Assembly (NCBI GenBank): GCA_963674965.2
Contig: CAXXFL010000006.1
Span: forward strand, 864,001 to 928,000
Origin: a bacterium
Lineage (GTDB): Bacteria; RBG-13-61-14; DATKZS01
DNA length: 64,000 nt
Reading direction: 5' to 3'
Part shown: positions 43,201 through 52,900 of the stretch, piece by piece
Numbering within the stretch: position 1 is the first letter of the stretch
Layout of the letters: every line of letters begins with the position of its first letter
Program-made: the position numbers and the translations under genes
Notes under the pieces: model-generated
The model's database searches: none
The model's input: only the letters and a program-made list of their open reading frames with translations
Told to the model about the DNA's origin: nothing

Positions 43201-43723
43201 GGAGCGGTATTGCGTGTAATGCGGTCCTCGTTCGTAGCTCTTGAATGCTATGCGGAGGAACCTCATTACGCTGCCGCTCACCTGCTCTGCCAAAGAGATA
43301 CGTTATATGCAGCCTGCTACGTTGGCGAGGGGAGACGGGGTTGTCTTCTTTGCTAAGCACAGTCTCCACGTCACGGGCATGAGACCTAAAGATTTTGGTC
43401 AATGATGGGTTGATGGACGTTGTGAAGACGGCATTCCACAATAATGCAGCAACTGGTTCCATCCACTCTGGTATTGGCTGGCGCTCGTACAAGTCAGCAA
43501 GCCACTCGTAGAACTCTGGCGTAAATGGCGAGTCGTCAAGTAATGAAGGAAAGCCCGAAACCGCAGTTTCGGCGGAATAGCGATTGTTACGTTTTAATGC
43601 CGCTACCAGAACCGGATCAACGAGATTATTTTCTGACCAAGCGTTTTGACCGAGAAATAGAACCAGTGGTCGTCGCTCAGTGATAGCAACAACAAGATCA
43701 TCTAGGGTTCCTGTGTTATACAT
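40289..43723 (-). CDS. SIR2-like domain + STAND-type P-loop NTPase + helical repeats
   Basis: LVLFLGQ...WNAVFTTS...YLFG (degenerate SIR2-like); GQSGSGKS Walker A; LFVCD Walker B; HPRL winged-helix-like motif; AGGAGG RBS. Confidence 0.65.
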   Translation of the reverse strand: MYNTGTLDDLVVAITERRPLVLFLGQNAWSENNLVDPVLVAALKRNNRYSAETAVSGFPSLLDDSPFTPEFYEWLADLYERQPIPEWMEPVAALLWNAVFTTSINPSLTKIFRSHARDVETVLSKEDNPVSPRQRSRLHITYLFGRAGERQRNEVPPHSIQELRTRTALHAIPLLSRVYDTVTPLGVLVIDGFACGRDWLSTDALAGILSAFRSGQIYWFGWNDQDDIMENKLIRELADQSGQIVLVRERLSTALRELELTNHIDLTAPIRYISEDSVSIGDNLLNLSAATRLKTSTAASILDDTWLGPLVPLGPESEYFEFRRFHGYAEDARRLIEGIRRGFAIRRRFEDLLRERVLKALNNAGSNQEAVLIHGQSGSGKSIGLTRLAYEIRATKKFPVLFSPRATRVPGIDEIDEFCIEAEAAGALATLFVCDANAPISRYREIVRALFSRGRRVVVVGSAYRVIDTPEVDGNKASKYLIEVPSELDETELQLLTEILKRFTGIAPQITESEYLLPAIYHILPEVRPLLATGLSREARVAEECLRNRGRVKSTTPMQVGQLGQALINAGLLNPKTLLEEKIEEFLGSKSDASIRAIDYVMVPGKLGCPVPVNILMRAVGSSENLIDVANLFLGIDLFRWSANDEDDIFIHPRLRLEAELISARRLGTAQAEAEVAIQLLNYANPGYYGSSERRFVLDIVHRLGPDGPYKIRYHQSYLTIARALTEMRTKRGVEDPSLMLQEATLRRRYLRDASNDSDIDPATILEEAKEVVDLALDKFNGSTSPGLKRMCANLRVERAAIYGFRAVQLLKQGAKLNEVWQFYLAAKESAQSAIFAADTYHAIDISIWVPNDLLKGADWDQKTRAELIADIWDALERVNSESLDIDQREQFESRRVRVAQTLDNKQLEQNALKALQESGSRAGLFLHARNIGGPLFGSGTPNEEEVERAKQAAAFLLEHEEYISDDARCLRYLLKCQWLIWTLSYLFCKERAPIPNDEKNLHIVLKSVERLRAVEGSLGDPRIRYLEAVLQWRLRNERTARDLWQGLSRETDYSDSRRVVRQHVWTDHKGAPELFNGRIISEAPESGRFRVLVEGIHQEVILQARDFPMIELKRGAGIHGGFNIAFNYIGPIADCPSRRVGRR

Positions 43724-43965
43724 ATCTGCTGATCTTCCTCCTAATTTCCTACACGTTCGAGGCAATTGGCAAAATGCTTTATCACAACTGATCTTATCAT
43801 AATTAAAGCTTACGATCAGCCTGTATTAAGGGGAGCAAGGTAATTTGTACAATGTAAAGTTGCAGCCCCCCTAAACGAATAGAAACGGTGGTCTCTATAA
43901 AGGGAAAAATGTCCAAACAATCTCGCTCCCATTAGTAAGGCGCCCCCATCGGATGTGAAAACCAC

Positions 43966-44907
43966 CTAGCAAGCCTCGAATTTCCATCCATTATCGTCCA
44001 GGGTAATATCAGCAGAAGCAAGGAGATCATCTATGGTTCTGTCTATATTTGGAACTCCCCGCACCTGTGCAAAAAGTCTTGCAGACTTAACAAACAGTTT
44101 CAACATCTCTTTATAGTGGTCACCGACTGGCGTGTCCTTTAAGCCGTTGTAAAAATGAATTGCCAGTCTGAAAAGTTCATTCACATTTGAGACATCATTA
44201 TCTTCTACTAGCCAGTATGCGGGCCAAAGTATTTCATACAACTCTCCACTATTGACTGGTGACACATACTTCTTGTGTTCATCGTCTAATAAATCTGCAA
44301 AAGTTCCATCGCATATAATTCTGGGGCCTTTGAGTCCGGAACTTTCCAGTTTGACTGCATTGACAACACCGTTACCAAGAATGTTTGTTACAACGCCGAT
44401 TTCCGAGTTCACAACAGCATTCTGCCGAAAAGTATCAAAATCACCAAAGGTAACTCCACCTCGGAATAATATGGGAAATACGTTCATGTGATCTTGTTCG
44501 ACGTGAGCCTTCATCTTTCCATCTTTTGGTTTAAGCTTGAATACAGGAAACTCTGTGTTGTAAGGAGAGGCTGGGTCAGGAGCATCTCTCCATAATTCAG
44601 AGGGCAGTAAAAAGCAACTTACCAGGAAATTGGACAGTTGTCTCAGAAACAGGTCCGCATCGGTGGCGGTGATGAAAATGGAATCACTGCAAGGAATGAA
44701 GATATTGAAGCTATTCATCAAATTACTTTCCGCCCGCTCTTTGAGTTCATCATTTGGATATGAGTCTGGAGGATGGGATTCAAAATCTTGCAGTTTTGTC
44801 TTAACTATAAGCTGATAGGACAACAATAGGTTAGCCGCAGACGCAAAGTCCGCACGGCAAAAATAGCTGAAGCCCAAGAGGTCTAGAAATGCTATGATTC
44901 CATTCAT
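43966..44907 (-). CDS. Class III nucleotide-cyclase-like protein
   Basis: AFLDLLGFS, SDSIFI, FRGGVTFG, GNGVVNAVKLES, PRII. Confidence 0.6.
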   Translation of the reverse strand: MNGIIAFLDLLGFSYFCRADFASAANLLLSYQLIVKTKLQDFESHPPDSYPNDELKERAESNLMNSFNIFIPCSDSIFITATDADLFLRQLSNFLVSCFLLPSELWRDAPDPASPYNTEFPVFKLKPKDGKMKAHVEQDHMNVFPILFRGGVTFGDFDTFRQNAVVNSEIGVVTNILGNGVVNAVKLESSGLKGPRIICDGTFADLLDDEHKKYVSPVNSGELYEILWPAYWLVEDNDVSNVNELFRLAIHFYNGLKDTPVGDHYKEMLKLFVKSARLFAQVRGVPNIDRTIDDLLASADITLDDNGWKFEAC

Positions 44908-45554
44908 CTGGATACCTCATCTTTTCGATGAATCAAAGTTCCGAGCTCCATTGCCGTGTCAACACCCAACTCCGTCAGGGAAGAGTTGGCGGGATGGTCG
45001 AAGGTGTGGACGGGCTTGCTCCAGGCGATGGCTTGGCGGGCGAGGTCCTGGGTTTTGCTGCCGGGCTGTGCGTGGACGATGAAGATGGTGGCGGCCAGGG
45101 CGGCGACGAAAAGGTTGCGGCGTTCGGCAAGGGCGGCGGTGGTTCGGTTCTGGCCGGGTGAGAAGGGAGAGAGGATCAGGAGTCGGCCCTGGTCGAGGGG
45201 GGTCTTCCACTCCTTGGGGATGCGCATGGTGTCGATGCTCCGGGCCGGGCAGATCACGATTGGCTGCTTGCCCTTCAGGAGGATGCCCAGGCAATCCTTC
45301 TCCATGGGAGAGTGGAACCCGCCGATCACCGGCACGCCCTGGTCCCGAAGCTCGGTCGCCAGGTCGTAGGTTTTCAGGATCAAATCTCCGGGGCACTTGA
45401 CCGAAGAGAACAGCGCAAGAGTTGGCCGCTCAAGGATGTCCATGTTACCGATGGCTGTGACTGTTTCCGGTGCCTCATATTTAAGGTGAGCCACCAGCGA
45501 CGGTGGGTATCGGGCATTTCCCTTGTCTACGGTCTGTAGTTCACGGCTAGCCAT
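44904..45554 (-). CDS. DprA/Smf-like (SLOG superfamily) protein
   Basis: YPPSL, AIGNMDIL, IGGFHSPME, AERRNLFVAALA, PGSKT. Confidence 0.85.
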   Translation of the reverse strand: MASRELQTVDKGNARYPPSLVAHLKYEAPETVTAIGNMDILERPTLALFSSVKCPGDLILKTYDLATELRDQGVPVIGGFHSPMEKDCLGILLKGKQPIVICPARSIDTMRIPKEWKTPLDQGRLLILSPFSPGQNRTTAALAERRNLFVAALAATIFIVHAQPGSKTQDLARQAIAWSKPVHTFDHPANSSLTELGVDTAMELGTLIHRKDEVSR

Positions 45555-46522
45555 TACCCACGCAATCCTTTTTCTGTGTTCTTTAACAGGTCACGCCAAT
45601 TGTCGTCTTCTATTGCCCCAACAGTTCGGGCCGTTATGATCGCAAACCGGACTATCTCTCCTCGCTGCGGCTGCTCGCCTTTGAACCAGGTTTCGTGGCT
45701 GTGATACACATCGCCTTGCAGGGTCAATAACTTCTCGTAGGCTTGCCTGGCACCGGGAGCCTTAAGCAGCATCCGTTCAGTGATTACTTCTGTGTAATGC
45801 TGGGCGAGGCCCTCGATGACTTCTTTGTCGCTATCAAAGAAGTCACCATCTTCCCAGCTGGCACCGTCGATGTCACGCCCGACGTGGGTGTAGCCGTGGG
45901 CCAGTTCGTGGATAAGGACCACGATGGTCATGTCTTCGATTCTTAGGTCGAGCATGGCCGCAACCATCGCTATGGGCATCCAGTAAAGCTCGACCCATGA
46001 AGACCTGGCCAAGTATTTATATCTGTACATTCCGAGGATGTCCTCCACAAAGGACTTGAACTCATCCTCGATCTGTAGCTTAAGTATCTTCTGCTGGAGG
46101 GCGTTCGTAATCTCAAGGGTCTTTTCGATGCTGGGTTTGCCGTTCCGGGCCTCTTCGGGCAGGTGGGGCCAGCGCTCCACTCGGTCCCAGTCTTCGAGCA
46201 GAAACTCCAACCCCTCGATAATCCCGCCAAGCTTTGGCTGGCCCACAATCAAACGCCACAGAACCGGGTCGTGGGACTCCGCAATCAACTCAGCCAGCGG
46301 CCTGGGGAAACCTTCGACGATTTTTACGGGGATGGAAAAGCGGCTGTCGCCTTCGGACAGCTTTAACCCGGTCTCGCTCCGAATATGTTCACGCACTGCC
46401 AGGTTCCATTGCTTAAAGGATCGCATCACTCTGTCCTTAGAGTCCTTGGGGATCAGGGGGCGAATGATCTCCTCGGCTGCCTTGGAGAGCGCCTGGTCTA
46501 TGGCTGGGTGTTCCTGGTTCAC
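45554..46522 (-). CDS. Putative zincin metallopeptidase (HExxH)
   Basis: VLIHELAHGYTH...VIEGLAQ; GTG start after GAGGAG. Confidence 0.65.
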   Translation of the reverse strand: MNQEHPAIDQALSKAAEEIIRPLIPKDSKDRVMRSFKQWNLAVREHIRSETGLKLSEGDSRFSIPVKIVEGFPRPLAELIAESHDPVLWRLIVGQPKLGGIIEGLEFLLEDWDRVERWPHLPEEARNGKPSIEKTLEITNALQQKILKLQIEDEFKSFVEDILGMYRYKYLARSSWVELYWMPIAMVAAMLDLRIEDMTIVVLIHELAHGYTHVGRDIDGASWEDGDFFDSDKEVIEGLAQHYTEVITERMLLKAPGARQAYEKLLTLQGDVYHSHETWFKGEQPQRGEIVRFAIITARTVGAIEDDNWRDLLKNTEKGLRG

Positions 46523-46533
46523 GACCGTACTCC

Positions 46534-49500
46534 TCAATCCGTACTCTCGTCCTCAGTCAGGTCCTGGCCCATCCGGAACTTGATGTCGTAGTTAATAATG
46601 AAGTCGAGTTGTTGTTCGTTGAATCCATAATGCTCAGCGAGCAGGCGGTCTATATCATCAATAATGTCCTTAGATTTTGAGCCGAAATACTCGGCATAAG
46701 TGATAACATCACCACTTTGCAGGTTGATGCTCTGTCGCTCTGACTTCGATTCGAGGTCGTCCATTAACTTCTTACCCAAGTTCGACAAGTTTTTATCATT
46801 CGCTATGGCTTCAGTAATTGGAAAAGAAGAAACCAGTGTGTCACTAAGGTGGAAGCAATCCCCGTATGTAATGAAATAAAGGTAGAACAGAGTGCTGTTG
46901 AGTAAAGAACAGACAGCATATGCTATTTGGTCGTCACTGAAGAAAACATATCTACCATGAGCCGGAGCACCGACCTCTTCGTTCTTTGCATAGTACGGCA
47001 AACCATAGGTTGCCTTAACCCAATACTGCGTCGCTTCCTGGTAAAACAGGAGATGTTCTGTTTCGTATTTGTCAATATAAAATTTGATCGGAGTGTTGCT
47101 GCTCATCTTGCAGAGGGACAAGGTTTCATCGTGGGTTACTGTTGCAATCTTAGGGAATACTTCAGAGATAATCTGTTCATTTACTACATTTGAATAGTGG
47201 ATTAAGTCGAATAAGAGGCCACGATTACTACTATTCCACCTTTGGTATTTCGAGTTGTAAACTTTTGGTTTATTGGCTTGCTGCTTCTTCAACAAGAAAA
47301 TTACACTCCTGCAATGTTGTAGGCCGTTGAACAATTTTCCAGGCCTATCATCGAATGGTATTAGGTGGAGTACAGAGCTATTCTCAAGAATGACTTTCCT
47401 TACTGCTGTCATCCTGGATGAGCTTGCCATAGGAAGCTGAACAATATAGCTCATCCTGCCGAAGTCTGAAGAAAGTTCTAGGCTCCGCTCTGTGAAAATC
47501 CCATGCAAATTTCCACAGGATTCCGTGGAATACCCACAGACTGAATACATTTTTCTAACCGAGCTATATTTTTTCCAGGGAGGATTGCCTATAACAACGT
47601 CAAATCCTCCACCACTCATAATTCCGTAAAATTCGACCAGCCAATGGAAAGGTTGGTGTGATTCATGCCATTGCTTGTATTTCCTGGGCTTGCCTGGGTC
47701 CTCTCCATAATCAATGGCAAGATAGCGGTCCAGTTCATCCCGGAGCTCATCGAGTCGTTTACGAAGGTCCTCCTTGGCGTTTCGAAAATCCTTGGCCTTC
47801 ATGCCCTGCTTGGTTTGCATTTCCCGGAATCTTCGGAATGCCAGGGAAGACATTTCCGCCTTTTCCTTGATACGGTCCCAGGAATCATCGAAGTCAAAGG
47901 AGCCGCTTCCCTTGACGGCCTTTTCCACGTCTTCAACGGTTGCGAAACCGACCAGGGAATTTCCGGCCCTGATGTTGAAGTCGATGTCGGGCAGGGGCTC
48001 GATCTGGTCCGCCGACTCCAGTTGAGACACGAGCTTGAGGAAGAGGCGGAGTTTGCAGATTTCCACGGCCTCGGCCATGATGTCCACGCCATAGAGGTTG
48101 TTCACCACAATGGACTTGAAGACAAAGTAGTGCTCGTTGGGATGGCCATCGACCTCGGCCAGTATCTTCTCGAAGTCCTCGAACTTCTTGCTGTTCTTGG
48201 GCTTCTCCTCGATGAACCTCCTCATCCGCTCCAGGCAGGCCACATAGAGCGGCTCCAGGATGTTGAGAGCCGCGAAAAGGAACGCCCCTGACCCGCAAGC
48301 CGGGTCGAGCACGGTGATGCCCTGGCGGAATTTTTTATTGGTCCCTGTCTCTGAAAGCTGGCCATGAATTGTTACCCAAAAGGCCCGAAGCAGTTCCGGT
48401 CCTTCGCAGTTTTCGATCACGTCCTGGGCGAACTGCTGGATGTCGAGGTTATAGGTGATAAGGTCGTTGATGGAACTGATCTCTCCCGCCTCCATCTTGG
48501 CCTTTACTTCCTGGTAGCGTTGTCTTCTGGCCACTACCTCCCGCCATATCTCGGTAGGAAGAGCTGCCTCTTCCGGGGCTTGCGCGTTCCAGACCTTTCT
48601 TCTTTCGATGAGGTTGGGCTTGGTGGTGTCCAGGCCGTCCTCGATCTCGGGCGGATAGGGGACCTCCTCATCGAGGGGGCAGTCGTTTCGATAGTCCCAG
48701 GTGACGCCATGGCGCACGGCCTTGTAGATGTAGCGGTCCGGGTCGTTTTTTAGGAGACTCCAGACAGCTCCCTTTTCGTCAAAGGCAATGTTGCATTCCT
48801 TCTTGGCCTGGTCGAAGAGGAAGGGGATCACGGTGTTCCTGGAGATGTAGCCGGTGATGTCCTCCTTGGTGTAGTAGGCTCCCATCTGTTTCTGGTTGAT
48901 GTACTTCTCGAAGATGTAGCCGAGCACGTCCGGGTTTATCTCGTTGTCCGCCCGGAGGGGCCGCTCGTCGAGGTGCCAGTTGTATTCGTCGAAGAAGTTG
49001 AATATCTCTTCGAAGGCCTCGTCCGGTATTTTGATCTTGGGGTTCTCGATTTCGAGTTCGTGAACGTCGAAGAGTCCGCCGTTGAGATATGGCACCTTGC
49101 CCAGGAGCTTGGCCAGTTCGGGCTTCCGCTCAGCCTCGGGCAGACCCAGTCCCTCGTGGAAGAGGCGGAGCAGGAAAAGGCGGTAGAAGTCATGATACTT
49201 TCCCTTGATGCCCTCCTCCTGCATCATCTTGAGGCGGTTGCGGAGATAGTCGGTGTCATTGTCCAGGAATCCCTTCTTCTGGACGAAGTAGATGAACATC
49301 ATCCGGTTCAACATGAGGGAGGCGTACCATTCCTGGTCGGCCCGGTCCTTGATGCCCTTGATGAAGGTCAGGAATTTTTTATGCTCCTGCTTGAAGCGGT
49401 CGTAGAATTTCTTGGTGACCTTTTCCAGGTCAAAGGCGGCACGGGCGCGACTGGTCACCGTGAAGATGTCAAGAAGGTCTTCCTCGCCCAGGGCGAACTC

Positions 49501-49908
49501 CAGGCGCTCCAGGCGTTGGATGAGGTTCTCGGCGGTCCCGCCCTTGTAGTATGAGTGCTCCCTGGAGGCGGCTGGCTTGCCCGGTTCACGTCTGACCCAC
49601 TGCCAGGTCTGGACGGTCTGGTCTGCATCCACATAGATGATGATGTGCTCGTAATGAATCTTGCCGACACGATGATCCAGCTTCTTCCTGATCTTGTATT
49701 CCGGGACCTTTCCATCCGGGCCGGGTTCGCACACGTAGACGACCATGCCCCTCTTGTCGGCCACGGCGTTCAGGATGTATTCCTGGCCGTCGAGTTGGAT
49801 ATCAAGCGGTCTCTGATCGCACTTGTCCCAGCCGAGTTCACCGACCAGGGCTCCCTTGAGGTCGAAGTCCCTAATCTTTTGTCGAAGTCTTTCCCTGTCT
49901 ACCGCCAT
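46534..49908 (-). CDS. Type IIG/Eco57I-like N6-adenine DNA methyltransferase with low-GC target-recognition domain
   Basis: YLNGGLF, GAYYT, LDPACGSGAF, FDVVIGNPPW. Confidence 0.92.
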   Translation of the reverse strand: MAVDRERLRQKIRDFDLKGALVGELGWDKCDQRPLDIQLDGQEYILNAVADKRGMVVYVCEPGPDGKVPEYKIRKKLDHRVGKIHYEHIIIYVDADQTVQTWQWVRREPGKPAASREHSYYKGGTAENLIQRLERLEFALGEEDLLDIFTVTSRARAAFDLEKVTKKFYDRFKQEHKKFLTFIKGIKDRADQEWYASLMLNRMMFIYFVQKKGFLDNDTDYLRNRLKMMQEEGIKGKYHDFYRLFLLRLFHEGLGLPEAERKPELAKLLGKVPYLNGGLFDVHELEIENPKIKIPDEAFEEIFNFFDEYNWHLDERPLRADNEINPDVLGYIFEKYINQKQMGAYYTKEDITGYISRNTVIPFLFDQAKKECNIAFDEKGAVWSLLKNDPDRYIYKAVRHGVTWDYRNDCPLDEEVPYPPEIEDGLDTTKPNLIERRKVWNAQAPEEAALPTEIWREVVARRQRYQEVKAKMEAGEISSINDLITYNLDIQQFAQDVIENCEGPELLRAFWVTIHGQLSETGTNKKFRQGITVLDPACGSGAFLFAALNILEPLYVACLERMRRFIEEKPKNSKKFEDFEKILAEVDGHPNEHYFVFKSIVVNNLYGVDIMAEAVEICKLRLFLKLVSQLESADQIEPLPDIDFNIRAGNSLVGFATVEDVEKAVKGSGSFDFDDSWDRIKEKAEMSSLAFRRFREMQTKQGMKAKDFRNAKEDLRKRLDELRDELDRYLAIDYGEDPGKPRKYKQWHESHQPFHWLVEFYGIMSGGGFDVVIGNPPWKKYSSVRKMYSVCGYSTESCGNLHGIFTERSLELSSDFGRMSYIVQLPMASSSRMTAVRKVILENSSVLHLIPFDDRPGKLFNGLQHCRSVIFLLKKQQANKPKVYNSKYQRWNSSNRGLLFDLIHYSNVVNEQIISEVFPKIATVTHDETLSLCKMSSNTPIKFYIDKYETEHLLFYQEATQYWVKATYGLPYYAKNEEVGAPAHGRYVFFSDDQIAYAVCSLLNSTLFYLYFITYGDCFHLSDTLVSSFPITEAIANDKNLSNLGKKLMDDLESKSERQSINLQSGDVITYAEYFGSKSKDIIDDIDRLLAEHYGFNEQQLDFIINYDIKFRMGQDLTEDESTD

Positions 49909-49915
49909 TAGTGCC

Positions 49916-52900
49916 TTACTCCTTGTCGAACATGCCCATTGAACAGATGATGCGAGGTTCCTGGAGATTGACTTCTTCCTCGATGAGACAAAGTTTTCCT
50001 TCCTCTTTGAGGAGGAGGACCAACTCGGCCAGGCGGTCATCGTCCACGCCCGCCCTGAGTTGGCGGTTGAGCATGTCAATGGCCGTCTGCCGCAAGGGGA
50101 ATCGATAGATAAGGTCGATGGCCTTCTGGATGTCATTGGCATGCTGCTCGAACAGCGTCCCCTTTAGGTCTCTGATATATTTGTCGAGTCTGGTATAGGT
50201 GCGAAAACGGGCTCCGCTCGGCCTGCCCAACTGCCCGCCCACTCGTTTCTCTTCCTTGGCCACATGGCGGACCGCCTCCTGGACCAGTGAGTGGTGTTTC
50301 TTGTGGCGAGGGATGGCCGGAGTGTCCGGGCCGCACTCCGCTATCTTCAAAATCTCATACTGGGATTCAGTGATGCTGTCGCCGTGCTTGTTCATGTAGG
50401 CAAGAGCGTCATTGCCCTCGGCGGTTCGCATGTAGCAAAGGACTCCTTCCGGCTCTTCTTCGCTTGGCATGTGGGGGCGGGTTGAATAAATCACATCGGG
50501 CAGTCCCTCGACCTTTTTCCTGAGTTCGGGGTTGTCCTCTGTTGCCTGTTTCCAAATCTCGAACGCCCTGGACGCAAGGTCCACGTCCTGGTCGTCGTCA
50601 TCGAGGATGCCCGCCTTTTCGTGGTAGAGGTCGATGGCGGTTTTTTCGTCCATGTCATCCTCGAAGAACGCCTCATCAGCGCCGACCACTTCGGCATTCT
50701 CGGTGAGCCGCTGCCGGACCCGCTGGCGGAGGCGGATGATTTTTTCGACTCCATCGGCGGGAAGGAAGGAATAACAGAGTATCTTGTCCGCCTTTTGTCC
50801 GATACGGTCCACACGGCCCGCCCGTTGGATAAGGCGGATGATAGCCCAGGGCAGATCGTAATTGACCACGATGGCGCAATCCTGGAGGTTCTGGCCCTCG
50901 GAGAGGATGTCGGTTGCCACCAGGACCCGGAGTTCCTGTTCCGGACTGACACGGCTTCGCTTGTTGTTGCTCTCGGGACTGAAGCGCCAGGCCAGGGCGG
51001 TCGGGTCCGCTGAATCTCCGGTGACTCCCGCTGATGCCTGGATGCCAGAGTCCGTGAGCTGAGCTTCCAGGTAGCGGACCGTGTCGGCAAACTGGGTGAA
51101 GATGATGACCTTCTCGCCCTGGTGAGTGTGCGTAAGGAGCCTGAACAACGAACTCAGCTTCTCGTCCTTTTTCGGGTCCCATTCTCCCGCTTCATGGAGA
51201 ATGCCCATCAGGGCCGTTGCGTCCTTCTCCATGTCCTTGCCCAGGGACTTTACGAAAAGGCCCGGCCTCAGCCATTTGAAGCGGCTCCCGTACTGTTTGT
51301 CGTACTCCTCATAGACCTCTGCCGCCCGTGCCTTGAACTCGGCCTCGGTGCGGAGGCAGGTATGATTGTTGATGCTGTCGCCATTGTCGTCATCATCATC
51401 GAACAGGGTCCCCACCATCTGGTCCGAGTCCTGGTCGGTGATACGGGTGTCCAGCATGGCGGCATCCTGGGTCCCGAGGGGCAGAGGAAGGTTGTTCTCT
51501 ATGGCGTGCAGGAAGATGTAGTTCCGGAGTATGTGGCGCTCTACTGACTGGAGGAAGGCGGAGCCGCTGCTCTCCAGGCGTTTGAACAGATTGGTCCTGC
51601 AAAATCCCATGAGACGCTTCCCTGCTCTGCCCAAATCGGCGAGTTGCTTGGCTTCGGTTTGGTTCGGTGGATTGCGTGGAGTTGATGCAATGTAGTTGCC
51701 CAGTCCGTAGCGGGGAAGGTTCAGGGAGTTGATGGTGTCCACCACCTCCTCGGCATAGAGGCGGGCGTATTGGTCATCCGGACTCTTGTCATCAATTGAG
51801 AACTTGACCGTCCTGGGCGTTCGCTCGGGGAAGTAGGCCTTCCCTCCGTCCTCATAGGTTATGTACTTACGACCATTGCCCTGGTCGGTCTTGGCGTAGT
51901 TGTCCTTGATGAAGCTTCGGGTTCGGCGGACAAGGTATAAACGCATGAGGTCCCGCCAGTCGTCGGCATAGTAACTCTTCTCAAATGCGGCCAGGGAACG
52001 AGTGGAACACTGATGACGGCGGATGAATTCGGTCTCGCCAATGTCCCGGAGAAGTTGCTCCGGGCGGATGCCGATGTCCCGCTCTTCTTCAAGGAACAGA
52101 CGGAGCTGGCTGGAAAGGTCCAGATAGCTCTTGTTATAGGGAGTTGCTGACAGGAGAATTACTCTGCTGTCATTCTCCTTGATGTATTCCTGGATTGCCC
52201 GGAAACGCTTGCCCTCCCGGTTACGGAGGTTATGGCTCTCATCTATCAGCACGAGACGGTAGCGGCGCATTTCCGGAAGTCTCTTGATGACCTTGCTTAT
52301 TGAGATCACCTTGCCCCGGAGCCGGAATCCTTCCCGGTAGTCCTTCCACATGGGGACCAGGTTTTTGGGACAGATGATTAGGGTCTCCAGGCCGAAGTCA
52401 TCCTCGAAGATTCGAGCCACGGCTGTGGCCATCAAGGTCTTGCCCAGGCCGACAACATCACCTATCAGCACGCCATTGCGCTTGTGAAGATGATGGGCGG
52501 CTATCTTGACGGCAGCGACCTGGAACTCGAAGAGCTTGTCTCCAAAGTCCTTCGGGATATTGAACTCGGACAAGCCGGACCTGGCCTCCTGGGAAAGGTG
52601 GTAGGCCATCTTGAGATAGACGTGGTATGGGGGAATGAGGTCTTCCCTGGCCCAACTGGTCTCGATGATCTCGGCCAGTTCTTCGGATATGTCCAGGCAG
52701 AAGCGGTCTTCCCAGCGGTCCTCGAACCACTTGGCCAGCTTCTGGCAAGCGTCCTGTTCGAGCACATCCACGTTGAGCTCGCCCTGGACCTTCAGCCCGG
52801 AGAAGGTCAGGTTGCTACTGCCCAGGAAGCCGACAACCTTGAAATTTGGTTCATTAGGACGAAAGCATAAGTAAAGTTTGGCGTGAAGCGGGTTTCGGAG

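Noticed and set aside
38917-43936. CCCATTAGT on both sides of the SIR2/STAND cassette as a target duplication
   Set aside because: A 9-bp match that does not coincide with the Mrr truncation point; plausible by chance.
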